DNA from: a virus
Taxonomy: Duplodnaviria > Heunggongvirae > Uroviricota > Caudoviricetes
Length of the DNA: 64,000 bases
IMG/VR virus record: IMGVR_UViG_3300029509_000119
Span: 63,909-127,908 of that record
Reading direction: 5' to 3' (one strand)
Both the position numbers and the translations under genes were made by a program. Below are positions 1 through 7,545 of the stretch, piece after piece. The stretch's first letter is position 1; each line of letters opens with the position of its first letter. A model generated the notes under the pieces. The model ran no database searches and was not told where the DNA came from. It was given only the letters and a program-made list of their open reading frames with translations.

Positions 1-428
1 TGCCGGGGTGGTCATGCACGTCGGTATCCCCGTAGTCCGCCTCCTTGTCCGAAACGGCGGGACTGGCGGAGATTTCGTCATCCGGTTCGGCGAGAATGCC
101 CGAGATTTCGTCCCATGCGAACGGGAACAGTTTCCCCCGATGGCGCAGGTCGTCCAGTTCCCTGACGAGGATTTCACGCAGTCGGGGGCTGTCCGTCCCA
201 AGGTACGCGGATTCGACGGTTCCGGAATCGGCGTTGAGGTCTATATGGTTGGTCAGGAGGGCTTCTTCGGTGTCTTCGTCTATGACGAGGAGTCCTTCGT
301 CCTCAAGCTCCCGTCCTGCTCGCTCAAGCATTTCGGGGGTGTTGTCTCGGGAGTATGCGGAGATTTTCCGGAACGTCCAGTCGCAGACGCCGAGGGCGTT
401 GGTTTTCGGGTGTATTTGGAGTGTCATC
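1..428 (-). CDS. hypothetical protein, partial (C-terminal part lies before window start)
   Basis: Reverse-complement of the listed + ORF 8..445 in the same codon register gives a normal-composition protein (MTLQIHPKTNALGVCDWTFRKISAYSRDNTPEMLERAGRELEDEGLLVIDEDTEEALL...). ATG at 428..426 and no stop before position 1. The + ORF itself is G/V/F-rich and antisense-like. Confidence 0.45.
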
Positions 429-566
429 CAGAGGTGCTGTCCTAGGACGCTCAGATTGGTGAAGCGTCTGTCTAAGAGGATTTTCTGGTCGATGGTCTTT
501 CTCAAATTTTTCCTTTTGGTCTGGCCTGTGCAGTGGTTTCGTTGTTGTGTGTGGACGTTTTTATTT

Positions 567-592
567 TAGTCATACTGGACATACTCACAAAA
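567..592 (+). promoter_or_regulatory. variant copy of conserved promoter/leader motif (tagtCATACTGGAcATactCACAaaa)
   Basis: Matches the 26-nt consensus found more than 20 times in the window. An inverted partial copy (gtgtggacg = rc of cgtccacac) lies at 549..557. A weaker TGtCATACT element lies at 705..715. Sits upstream of the HTH gene at 813. Confidence 0.35.
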
Positions 593-812
593 TTGGGAGT
601 GTGTCCCGGTTCCATGCGTCGGCACGTGAATCGCTTTGCGGAGCCTGCTTGTTGCGGTCGGTCAGGGCTTGTTTCCCATGTCGTTCGGTTTGCATCCCTC
701 TCTCGTTTGTCATACTAAACAAGTGTTTGTATTTACAGACAATAGCATATAAAAATACACAGTCAAATCTAAAACAAAGCGTTTCGCGCCAAAAACCAGC
801 TATCATAAAAAT

Positions 813-1184
813 ATGGGAAAAAGAAAAAACCAAACCAGTGAGTTCAACCGCCGAATCAACCAACGCATCCTAGCGGAAGCCGGAATCCGACGACTCTCCG
901 CACGGGACATCGCACGGCAACTCGGCAAAAGCCCCAGCTACGTCACCACACGATACAACGAAACCGTCGAATGGCTCCCCGCCGACATCGAAGCACTCGC
1001 CCACGCATGGGACATGGAGCCAGAGGAGCTAATCGCTGGACAAAACGGCTACCAGACAAAACCCTCGACCGTGGAACAACAGCTGCAAGACGTACTACGC
1101 AGAATCAACACGGGAGACCTCACCTTGGCCGCGAACCACGACCCGAACAAACAGGCGGAAGCGGAAAGCGAGGACGATTGCTGA
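813..1184 (+). CDS. XRE-family helix-turn-helix transcriptional regulator (ImmR-like)
   Basis: ATG at 813. 'LSARDIARQLGKSPSYVTTRYN' is a typical HTH_XRE motif. Immediately upstream of an ImmA-like peptidase gene in the canonical order. Confidence 0.75.
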   Translation: MGKRKNQTSEFNRRINQRILAEAGIRRLSARDIARQLGKSPSYVTTRYNETVEWLPADIEALAHAWDMEPEELIAGQNGYQTKPSTVEQQLQDVLRRINTGDLTLAANHDPNKQAEAESEDDC

Positions 1185-1228
1185 ACCATCCCCCATTGGA
1201 CGGCAGAAACGTCACACTCGACAGACGT

Positions 1229-1705
1229 ATGAGCTACGAGTGCATGCGACGCGCCGTGGAACTCACCCGACCGGCACCACACATATTCGAAGAGGAACTG
1301 CCCGAAAACATCAACGGCGTATACGACGAGTTGACGCACATCATCATCATCGACCCACGGCTGAACGAACGGCAAAAACGATGCACGCTGGCCCACGAAC
1401 TGCTCCACTGGACGCATGGGGACGCCCGTTGCCAGAGCCAATACGACGACAAGGCCGAAATTCATGTGCGCAAGGAGACCGCGACACTGCTCATCAATCC
1501 GTTCGACTACATACAGTCCGAACGAGTGTACGAGGGTGAAGCGTTCCTCGTGGCCGTCGATTTGAACGTGACGGTCGGAGTGTTGGAGGACTACAGGTCG
1601 ATTCTGGAAGACGCTCCCACATTGGCGGTCGAACCGAAGGGTTGTCCTCAATCCAGTTTTTCAGCGAGTCCGACGCTTTCCGCAGCCTTGCGCCTGCACT
1701 CCTGA
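1229..1705 (+). CDS. ImmA/IrrE-family zinc metallopeptidase
   Basis: ATG at 1229 within ORF 971..1705 (the upstream part of that ORF is R-rich junk). HEXXH motif 'AHELLHWTHGD'. ImmA/IrrE-type domain paired with the upstream HTH. Confidence 0.75.
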   Translation: MSYECMRRAVELTRPAPHIFEEELPENINGVYDELTHIIIIDPRLNERQKRCTLAHELLHWTHGDARCQSQYDDKAEIHVRKETATLLINPFDYIQSERVYEGEAFLVAVDLNVTVGVLEDYRSILEDAPTLAVEPKGCPQSSFSASPTLSAALRLHS

Positions 1706-2370
1706 TAGAGCGGGATGATTGCCGTGACGGTCGCCGTGAACTGCTCCCAGTCGGGAGCGTCCTCCGTCTTTCGTCCGGCTGACCCGTCCAGCCATGCGGT
1801 GATTGAGGTCTCGTACTCGTGCTGGCGTTCCCTCAGCTTGATAAGACCATTGTTTTCGGCGGCGGCGATATAGGCGTCCACGAACGTTTCGACGGTTTCG
1901 TTGTCCTCGTTGCCGTGAATCCTCAAGCCGAGAGTATTGGCCAGTCCATCCACTTCCATGCGGAGCGCTTCGGGGATTCTCTGGCATGTCCGCTGGTTTC
2001 GGCGGCTTTTCGCCAATCGCATCGCACGACATGCTTCATCGGCCTTGCTGTCGGAACCATAGCCCATGACCCAGCGGACGGCTTTGATTTGCGCGTTTTC
2101 GTAGATGTTGTAGGCGCGGGTCTTCCCTACCTGCCGTCCGTCCTCATAGTAGGATGCGTAGGCGCTTTGGCGGGTGTGCCAGTCGGCGGGCTTCCGGCTT
2201 CCCGTCACTTGGATGACTGCTTTTCTGTTTTCGTGGGTGTAGGCGTATTTGTGGTGGAACAGTCCGTCGTTGTCGAATCCGTATTCCGTGACGCAGGTGA
2301 GTCCGAAGCCGGTGGTGTCGATGGTTTTCTTGTATTCCGGTGATTTGGGAGTGGTTTTTTCGCCAGACAT
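1648..2370 (-). CDS. hypothetical protein
   Basis: 240-aa ORF of normal composition. Preceded on the minus strand by a conserved promoter copy and a GGAGAG RBS. Its 3' end overlaps the 3' end of the ImmA-like gene convergently by 58 nt. Confidence 0.55.
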   Translation of the reverse strand: MSGEKTTPKSPEYKKTIDTTGFGLTCVTEYGFDNDGLFHHKYAYTHENRKAVIQVTGSRKPADWHTRQSAYASYYEDGRQVGKTRAYNIYENAQIKAVRWVMGYGSDSKADEACRAMRLAKSRRNQRTCQRIPEALRMEVDGLANTLGLRIHGNEDNETVETFVDAYIAAAENNGLIKLRERQHEYETSITAWLDGSAGRKTEDAPDWEQFTATVTAIIPLYQECRRKAAESVGLAEKLD

Positions 2371-2391
2371 TTTCTCTCCGTGACTTTCATT

Positions 2392-2418
2392 TTTTGTGTG
2401 AACAATCCCATTATAGTT
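2392..2418 (-). promoter_or_regulatory. copy of conserved extended -10 promoter/leader motif (minus strand)
   Basis: Reverse complement reads ggaaCTATAATGGGATTGTTCACACAAAAAatg, directly upstream of CDS 1648..2370. Confidence 0.5.
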
Positions 2419-2487
2419 CCTGACTTAGGAAACCACCGACACAAAAACAAAAAGGGCGGCAAAAAGCCGCCCAAAACCAAGAAAACG

Positions 2488-2700
2488 TCAGATGTCCACA
2501 ACCGCGAGAACCGCGACGACAGTCAGAATGACCACCGCCCATCTCAGGTTCCTGCGACTGCACAACTCCCCTAGTCTCGTATCACTATCCAACAGGTCTT
2601 CCACTGCGGACACGAGGAACATGAGCGCCAATATGATAGCTCCCACAGCCAATGCGATAAGCACATTCTGTTGCGATAATAGCGACAGCATTTTTTCCAA
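2488..2700 (-). CDS. small membrane protein
   Basis: 70 aa with two hydrophobic helices (LIALAVGAIILALMFLVSAV / WAVVILTVVAVLAVV). 4 nt downstream of the MTase gene, same strand. Confidence 0.45.
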   Translation of the reverse strand: MEKMLSLLSQQNVLIALAVGAIILALMFLVSAVEDLLDSDTRLGELCSRRNLRWAVVILTVVAVLAVVDI

Positions 2701-2704
2701 TCTC

Positions 2705-3661
2705 CTATACGAACGCGGGCTGATTCAGACGGTCTCGCAGACTCAATTCCAAATATTGTTCGTTTAAATCGACGCCGACATACCTACATCCCAGCATCGC
2801 AGCCGCCAACCCGGTGGTGCCGGAACCGTTGAACGGGTCGAGCGTCACGCCACCCGGCTTACAACCGGCCTGAATGCATGTGAGGGGAATATCCACCGGG
2901 AAAGCCGCAAAATGCGCTCCCGCATACGGGCGGGTCGGCAGCATCCACACGTCGCGTAGGTTTCGTCTGCCGTCCGATGCCACGTATTCCCTACGGTCTC
3001 TTCCCAAATCCTCGCGGACGCCACCATATGCGCTTTTGTTGCCGAACGTATGCCGGTGGGCTAAATCCTCGATGGTTTTCTCCGACTGCCGTTGTCTTAC
3101 GGACTGGTAGTCGTAATAGTATTTTTCGGTTTTGGAGAATAGGAAAATATGCTCGTAGCTTTTGCTTGGACGGTCTTTCACGCTTTCCGGCATGGGGTTC
3201 GTCTTCCCCCAAATGATATCCGAGCGCAATATCCAACCGTCATCCTGCAAGGCGAACGCCACTCTCCACGGGATGCCGAGCAGGTTCTTCGCCGGACGGT
3301 CTGGACGTTTCCTGCCGTTCGGTTTCTGCACATGTCCGTGCAATCCGATGCTGTTCTCCGACCCGTCGCCGCCGTCCCACAGGTTCGGCGTGGAGTACGT
3401 GTCTCCCAAGTTCAGCCAGAATGTGCCGTCATCGGCTAGGATTCGCCTGCATTCGCGGAATACTTTGCTGAGGTCTTCCACATAGTCGCCGGGTGTGGGT
3501 TCGCGTCCGATTTCCAGTTCGGAATCCGTGTATTGGCGCAACCCGTAGTACGGCGGACTGGTGACGATGCAATCGACTGTCCCGTCGGGCAAATCGGAAA
3601 GCACGGACGACGCGTCGCCCAGATAGAGCGTCAGCGTGTCGTCTTGGAACCAAGGCTTCAC
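2705..3661 (-). CDS. DNA methyltransferase, N6-adenine/N4-cytosine beta-class (orphan, no cognate endonuclease seen)
   Basis: Motif IV 'TSPPYYGLRQY' near the N-terminus and motif I 'DPFNGSGTTG' near the C-terminus, the beta-class order. Start overlaps the upstream gene stop (ATGA). Confidence 0.8.
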   Translation of the reverse strand: MKPWFQDDTLTLYLGDASSVLSDLPDGTVDCIVTSPPYYGLRQYTDSELEIGREPTPGDYVEDLSKVFRECRRILADDGTFWLNLGDTYSTPNLWDGGDGSENSIGLHGHVQKPNGRKRPDRPAKNLLGIPWRVAFALQDDGWILRSDIIWGKTNPMPESVKDRPSKSYEHIFLFSKTEKYYYDYQSVRQRQSEKTIEDLAHRHTFGNKSAYGGVREDLGRDRREYVASDGRRNLRDVWMLPTRPYAGAHFAAFPVDIPLTCIQAGCKPGGVTLDPFNGSGTTGLAAAMLGCRYVGVDLNEQYLELSLRDRLNQPAFV

Positions 3662-4101
3662 GCCGTTTGCTCCAGTCGTTCCAATAGTTCCCGTCCCGCA
3701 GGGAGCGGAGTCAGAGCGCCTGTTGCGATGTCGAGGTGAACCAGCTTGTCGTTCAGCAGTTCGACGGCGGCGTTTTCGAAACCGGCCTTGTATGCGTTGG
3801 CCGTTCCCTGTCCGGCTTGGCGGAGCAATGTTTCGCTGTTGCGCTCGTATAGTCGGATTGGACGGTCTCCCTCGCCTTGGGCGAGCGTGGATACGAGGCG
3901 CATGCCATCCTTGGTGAGGGACGGGGCTGATTGTCCGTTACGTCGGATGAGTCCGGCATCCAGCAGTCGTCTGCCGATGTTGCTTTTGAGGATGTCGGCG
4001 GTCAACCGTCCTTTTTCGACGCCGTACAGGATTCTGGTCTCGCCTTCGCTGATACCGGCCATGAGGACGCGGAAACGTTGGGTGGAGGATTGTTCGTCCA
4101 A
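3658..4101 (-). CDS. hypothetical protein
   Basis: 147-aa ORF, translationally coupled to the MTase gene by a 4-nt overlap. Normal amino-acid composition. Confidence 0.5.
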   Translation of the reverse strand: MDEQSSTQRFRVLMAGISEGETRILYGVEKGRLTADILKSNIGRRLLDAGLIRRNGQSAPSLTKDGMRLVSTLAQGEGDRPIRLYERNSETLLRQAGQGTANAYKAGFENAAVELLNDKLVHLDIATGALTPLPAGRELLERLEQTA

Positions 4102-4138
4102 TGCTGTTCCTTTCGGAGGTTTATGTTTTTTCTAAGTC

Positions 4139-4456
4139 TCAGAGGATGGTGACGGGAGTGTCGTTCAGGCAGTCCCAGTATTCGATTCGAGTGACGGGCG
4201 ATAGTGCCTTGAACGTTTTGACGATGCCTTCATGCATGGTTTTGGCTTGCCAGTATTCCTCACTGGACGATTCTGGATTGTCCATGACCTTGGCGGAGTA
4301 TTCTTCCATTTCCAACAGGTCGAGCCTACGGAGTCGGGCGGAACCGTTCTCGTCCAGTCCGATGTTCTCCGCCAACCACTCGCGGAGCATCCAACAATCG
4401 TTGACGAACAGGAGGATTCGTCCGCTTCTGCCGTCCCATAGCATCTGATAGTTCAC
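4139..4456 (-). CDS. hypothetical protein
   Basis: 105-aa ORF. Its start overlaps the stop of the upstream gene (4453/4456). Confidence 0.5.
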   Translation of the reverse strand: MNYQMLWDGRSGRILLFVNDCWMLREWLAENIGLDENGSARLRRLDLLEMEEYSAKVMDNPESSSEEYWQAKTMHEGIVKTFKALSPVTRIEYWDCLNDTPVTIL

Positions 4457-5184
4457 AGGACTCCGCCATCCTCGTAGCCGACCGTGTATTTTCCTGTAGT
4501 GCCGTGCTGCCCGCAGTTAATCTGCAATCCATCCAAAATGACCATGCGATGCGGGGAAAGTCGCACGTCCTCGCGCATATCCTCCAAACGCATGCCGTCG
4601 TTCAGTTTTCGCAAGGTCTGCCAGTAGGCTTCGTCCAACTGCCGCCAGTATTTCAAATGGGAGTCCTTCATTTGACGGAAAAGCAGGAACGCATGCACGT
4701 ATTGCCCCGTCCAATCCACGTCGTGCATGAGCCGTTCGAGCCGGTTCAACTGCACGGTGACGTCCTCCGGCGCGTGCGATTGGAACAACGTCCAGTATTC
4801 GTTCAACGCGTCCCGCAATTCCTGCTGCCGCATGGCACGAATGGGGGTTCCTCTGAACTGCGGACTGTTGGCAAGCCACACGGCCAAATCCCATGTTTCA
4901 TCCGCGTTCGCGTCGATATTCGGGTACGCGCAGTCGCGGAGGGTTGCCCAACTGTTGCACGCTTTGACGAATCCACGTATTCCCGCAACGGCGTTCAGGC
5001 AGGACAGGAGAAGGAACACGATTCTCCACACTCCGGCGAACGTGTTCGAATACGCGAGGAGCCATCCCGCGACGAACATGACTAAAACGTATACGACGCA
5101 TTGCGGCAGCACTCCCCTGCGGAAGATGGTCTTGAGCACGTCCTGACGGTTCCCGTTGGAGGCCAGAATGCTTCTTTCTGCCAT
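4453..5184 (-). CDS. membrane protein (two N-terminal TM helices, C-terminal soluble domain)
   Basis: ORF 4453..5721 trimmed to the internal ATG 'MAERSILAS...' because the first 179 aa are R/P-rich frame noise. TM segments VVYVLVMFVAGWLLAY and IVFLLLSCLNAVAGI. Confidence 0.5.
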   Translation of the reverse strand: MAERSILASNGNRQDVLKTIFRRGVLPQCVVYVLVMFVAGWLLAYSNTFAGVWRIVFLLLSCLNAVAGIRGFVKACNSWATLRDCAYPNIDANADETWDLAVWLANSPQFRGTPIRAMRQQELRDALNEYWTLFQSHAPEDVTVQLNRLERLMHDVDWTGQYVHAFLLFRQMKDSHLKYWRQLDEAYWQTLRKLNDGMRLEDMREDVRLSPHRMVILDGLQINCGQHGTTGKYTVGYEDGGVL

Positions 5185-5198
5185 ATCGTTCTGGTTGT

Positions 5199-5540
5199 TC
5201 AAGAGGTTAGGGCTTTCGACTCTCTGAGATATTCTTCCGGCTTGAATCGGCTGTTGACTCTGATGACCCAACCGGTGTCGCTGGTTCCGGCTATCTGGTA
5301 GCGTTCGCGCTTGCGTATGAGAAGCGGACGTAGATAGTTGTTGAGTCGGAGCTGTCCTACGGTGGGTGGGTCTCCCAGAAGCGTGGGGACGCGTTGGATG
5401 CCTTCGGCGGTGTCGAAGTAGAGAAGGATTGGCGTCTCGTCCTTGCAGGAGTCGAGGAATCCTCCTATGGTGTCGAGGTCTCGGCGTGGGCGGGAGCGTT
5501 GTTGGGGTTGACTGCCCGCATTGCCTGTTTCGATGGTCAA
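5199..5540 (-). CDS. hypothetical protein
   Basis: 113-aa ORF with a conserved promoter copy just upstream on the minus strand. Confidence 0.45.
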   Translation of the reverse strand: MTIETGNAGSQPQQRSRPRRDLDTIGGFLDSCKDETPILLYFDTAEGIQRVPTLLGDPPTVGQLRLNNYLRPLLIRKRERYQIAGTSDTGWVIRVNSRFKPEEYLRESKALTS

Positions 5541-5557
5541 GAAGAAACCTTCCTTGT

Positions 5558-5583
5558 TTGCGGCTGGTTCCAGTATAACGCAG
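5558..5583 (-). promoter_or_regulatory. copy of conserved promoter/leader motif (minus strand)
   Basis: Reverse complement is tgcGTTATACTGGAACCAGCCGCAAA, upstream of CDS 5199..5540. Confidence 0.4.
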
Positions 5584-5621
5584 TATTTTTAAAACAAGGA
5601 AGGTTTCGGAAAAAATATTCC

Positions 5622-5993
5622 TCAGCCGAGCTTGGATTCGGAATTGTCCATTGGTTGGGTGAGCGGCCTGCCGTCCGCGACCATCTGCTCGATGTCCTCG
5701 TAGTCGTCGCACGCCGCCCACAGCCCGAGGTCAGGGCTGAGGTGGTACATGGTTCCCGTCTTCGCGCCTTCGGCGATGTAGAATCCATGACTGCAAGTGT
5801 CGAGGATGTTGGTCGGCTGGGGGTCTTGCTCGTAATCGTCGAGGTTCCATGGGTCGCCTTCGGGGAGGAGCACGTAGTCCCCGACTCCTTCGCGCACGTC
5901 CCGCAGTCGCCGGTCGTATTCGTCTTGGAGGTCTTGCTCGCGGTCGAGCATGAGGTTGATTTGGTAGTCGATGCTGTTGAAGTAGTCGCTCAT
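5622..5993 (-). CDS. hypothetical acidic protein
   Basis: ORF 5622..6116 trimmed to 'MSDYFNSIDYQ...' because the upstream part is read-through of the promoter motif (MLYWKRS). D/E-rich. Confidence 0.5.
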   Translation of the reverse strand: MSDYFNSIDYQINLMLDREQDLQDEYDRRLRDVREGVGDYVLLPEGDPWNLDDYEQDPQPTNILDTCSHGFYIAEGAKTGTMYHLSPDLGLWAACDDYEDIEQMVADGRPLTQPMDNSESKLG

Positions 5994-6022
5994 TTTCGTC
6001 TCCTTGGTTTTGACTTTTCCTT

Positions 6023-6052
6023 TTTTGCGTGAACGTTTCCAGTATAGCATCA
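6023..6052 (-). promoter_or_regulatory. copy of conserved promoter/leader motif (minus strand)
   Basis: Reverse complement is tgaTGCTATACTGGAAACGTTCACGCAAAA, upstream of CDS 5622..5993. Confidence 0.5.
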
Positions 6053-6339
6053 TCTTCTGTTTTAGAAAACCGGCAACAGAGAAAGAAAAGGTTCCGCCGC
6101 CCCAAAATCCACACACGGGCGACGGAACCGCAAAAACACTCCCGCTAAGGAGTTCCAGCCGAGACCGGGGAAGAAACCAAGATGGCGGAAAACGGCCAAA
6201 AAACCGGTCTCAATCAACACATTAACCGACCTCGAACATTCGTCTGGCGAGGAACCGGAAAAACAGGAAAAAATTTTCTTTACCGTTTTTTTGTCGAGGA
6301 GGCCGCGTGAAGTCCGGCACCTGAGAATTGCCAACAAAA

Positions 6340-7365
6340 TCAGTTTCCGTCCGCAGCGCACTGTGCGAGGAACGATTTCGTCTCCGCCTTCTCCCACCCG
6401 CTCATGGACAGCTTGTACTTGTCTTTGATGTACACGCGTTTCGCCATGTACGAGCATTGGTACGTCTTGTTGGATGGAAGCCACACGCTTGGAGTGCCGT
6501 CCTGCCATTTGGTTTTGGAGCCGTTCAACGCCTCGTCCCTCACGAGGTTCACGCCCTGCTGTTTGACGTTGTTCGCCTCGCCTTCGGACGCGACGAGCAC
6601 TTCCGGGTCGTTCGCGTAGGCGATGCGGTCGCCTTTGCGTGAGTCCTTCCATAGGCCGCTGGCCCAAGCGTCGTTGACGGCGACCACGTGGTCGATTTGG
6701 ACGGCCATGCTGTCTCCGCCGGTCTTCCTTTGCTTGCCGTTGACGGTCTCGTAGGTGTCGCGTTGGAATCTGATGGTCTTGCCGGTGTACGGGTCTTGCA
6801 GGGTTCCGGTGAGTACCTTGCAGTTCTTGTCCATGGTCACGTCGGACATGTCGCGTTTGAGGATGTAGTCTCTCGTGGTGCCGTAGCCGCATAGTTGGCT
6901 GCTGTTCTGCCATGTGCCGAAGTCTTTTTTGCGGTCGTAGCCTTTGGTGTGAGGGGCGGCGGTTTCGATGTTGGAGAGCCTGTCGAGCGCCTGTTGCGTG
7001 GTGATGGGGCTTAAAGCGCCTTCAGGGACTCCTGTAGAGGCTGTTTGTTCCTGACTTGAGGAATTGTCCCCGTTTGGCGTCTGCGTCGATTCTGAGGGCG
7101 TTTCCGTGGCTTCTGGAGTGTTTGTCCGCGTATTGGGGTCGGACGGTTTCGAGGAAGGCTCCTTCAACCCCAGTTTCACATCAGGTTTGACCTTGGAATC
7201 CTCCCCCGGCATCAACTGGGACAAGTCATTGATTTCCGGCAGTCCGAAAATCTGCGACATGGGCTTCCACAATCCCAAGTTCACGATGAGCACCATGGCC
7301 GTCAACACGACCAGAATGCCGCCAATCAACGAACCGGCGGACATCCCGCCCTTCTTCCTAGCCAT
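6340..7365 (-). CDS. membrane-anchored DUF1524-type (His-Me finger/HNH-like) nuclease-like protein, extracytoplasmic
   Basis: Start at 'MARKKGGMSAGSLIGGILVVLTAMVLIVNLG' (N-terminal TM anchor). Low-complexity S/T/P/E linker. C-terminal 'IDHVVAVNDAWASG ... NNVKQQGVNLVRDEALN' resembles the DUF1524/GmrSD C-terminal His-Me motif. Confidence 0.55.
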   Translation of the reverse strand: MARKKGGMSAGSLIGGILVVLTAMVLIVNLGLWKPMSQIFGLPEINDLSQLMPGEDSKVKPDVKLGLKEPSSKPSDPNTRTNTPEATETPSESTQTPNGDNSSSQEQTASTGVPEGALSPITTQQALDRLSNIETAAPHTKGYDRKKDFGTWQNSSQLCGYGTTRDYILKRDMSDVTMDKNCKVLTGTLQDPYTGKTIRFQRDTYETVNGKQRKTGGDSMAVQIDHVVAVNDAWASGLWKDSRKGDRIAYANDPEVLVASEGEANNVKQQGVNLVRDEALNGSKTKWQDGTPSVWLPSNKTYQCSYMAKRVYIKDKYKLSMSGWEKAETKSFLAQCAADGN

Positions 7366-7391
7366 AAGCAACCTCCAAAAAATGTTCCGCT

Positions 7392-7526
7392 TCACAGGTT
7401 CAGGATGACGCTGATGGCAAGGCACACGATGAACGCTATCGCGATAATCGCGCCGGTCAGCGGGCCGTTGCTGTTGATGAACTCGGCGAACTTGTCGCCC
7501 TCATTGGGCTTGTTGCGTCCTGCCAT
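7392..7526 (-). CDS. small single-pass membrane protein
   Basis: 44-aa C-terminal part of ORF 7392..7730 starting at 'MAGRNKPNEGDKFAEF...IIAIAFIVCLAISVILNL'. The upstream part of the ORF is R/P-rich noise. Confidence 0.35.
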   Translation of the reverse strand: MAGRNKPNEGDKFAEFINSNGPLTGAIIAIAFIVCLAISVILNL

Positions 7527-7545
7527 TTTTCTTCTTCCTTTCGGA

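Noticed and set aside
8-445. Listed + strand ORF of 145 aa at the window start
   Set aside because: Composition is G/V/F-rich and antisense-like. The reverse complement in the same register translates to a normal-looking protein starting at 428 and running off the window. It is called as a minus-strand partial CDS instead.
533-873. Short + ORFs 533..718 and 547..873 in the region upstream of the HTH gene
   Set aside because: They span promoter-motif copies and the AT-rich control region. Cys- and Arg-rich composition, no RBS. Treated as non-coding regulatory DNA.
1648-1705. 58-nt convergent overlap of the ImmA-like gene's 3' end with the 3' end of minus gene 1648..2370
   Set aside because: It could indicate a sequencing frameshift or a mis-called stop. 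Both ORFs look protein-like through the overlap, so both are kept as annotated. No separate claim is made.
4453-5721. Full-length 422-aa minus ORF
   Set aside because: The first ~180 residues are R/P/H-rich frame noise overlapping the next gene (5199..5540). Only the part from the internal ATG at 5184 looks like a real membrane protein.
6062-6913. 283-aa minus ORF extremely rich in Arg/Gln/His
   Set aside because: It is the out-of-frame overlap of the DUF1524-like gene 6340..7365 and the promoter region. The R-rich low-complexity composition is characteristic of the wrong frame.
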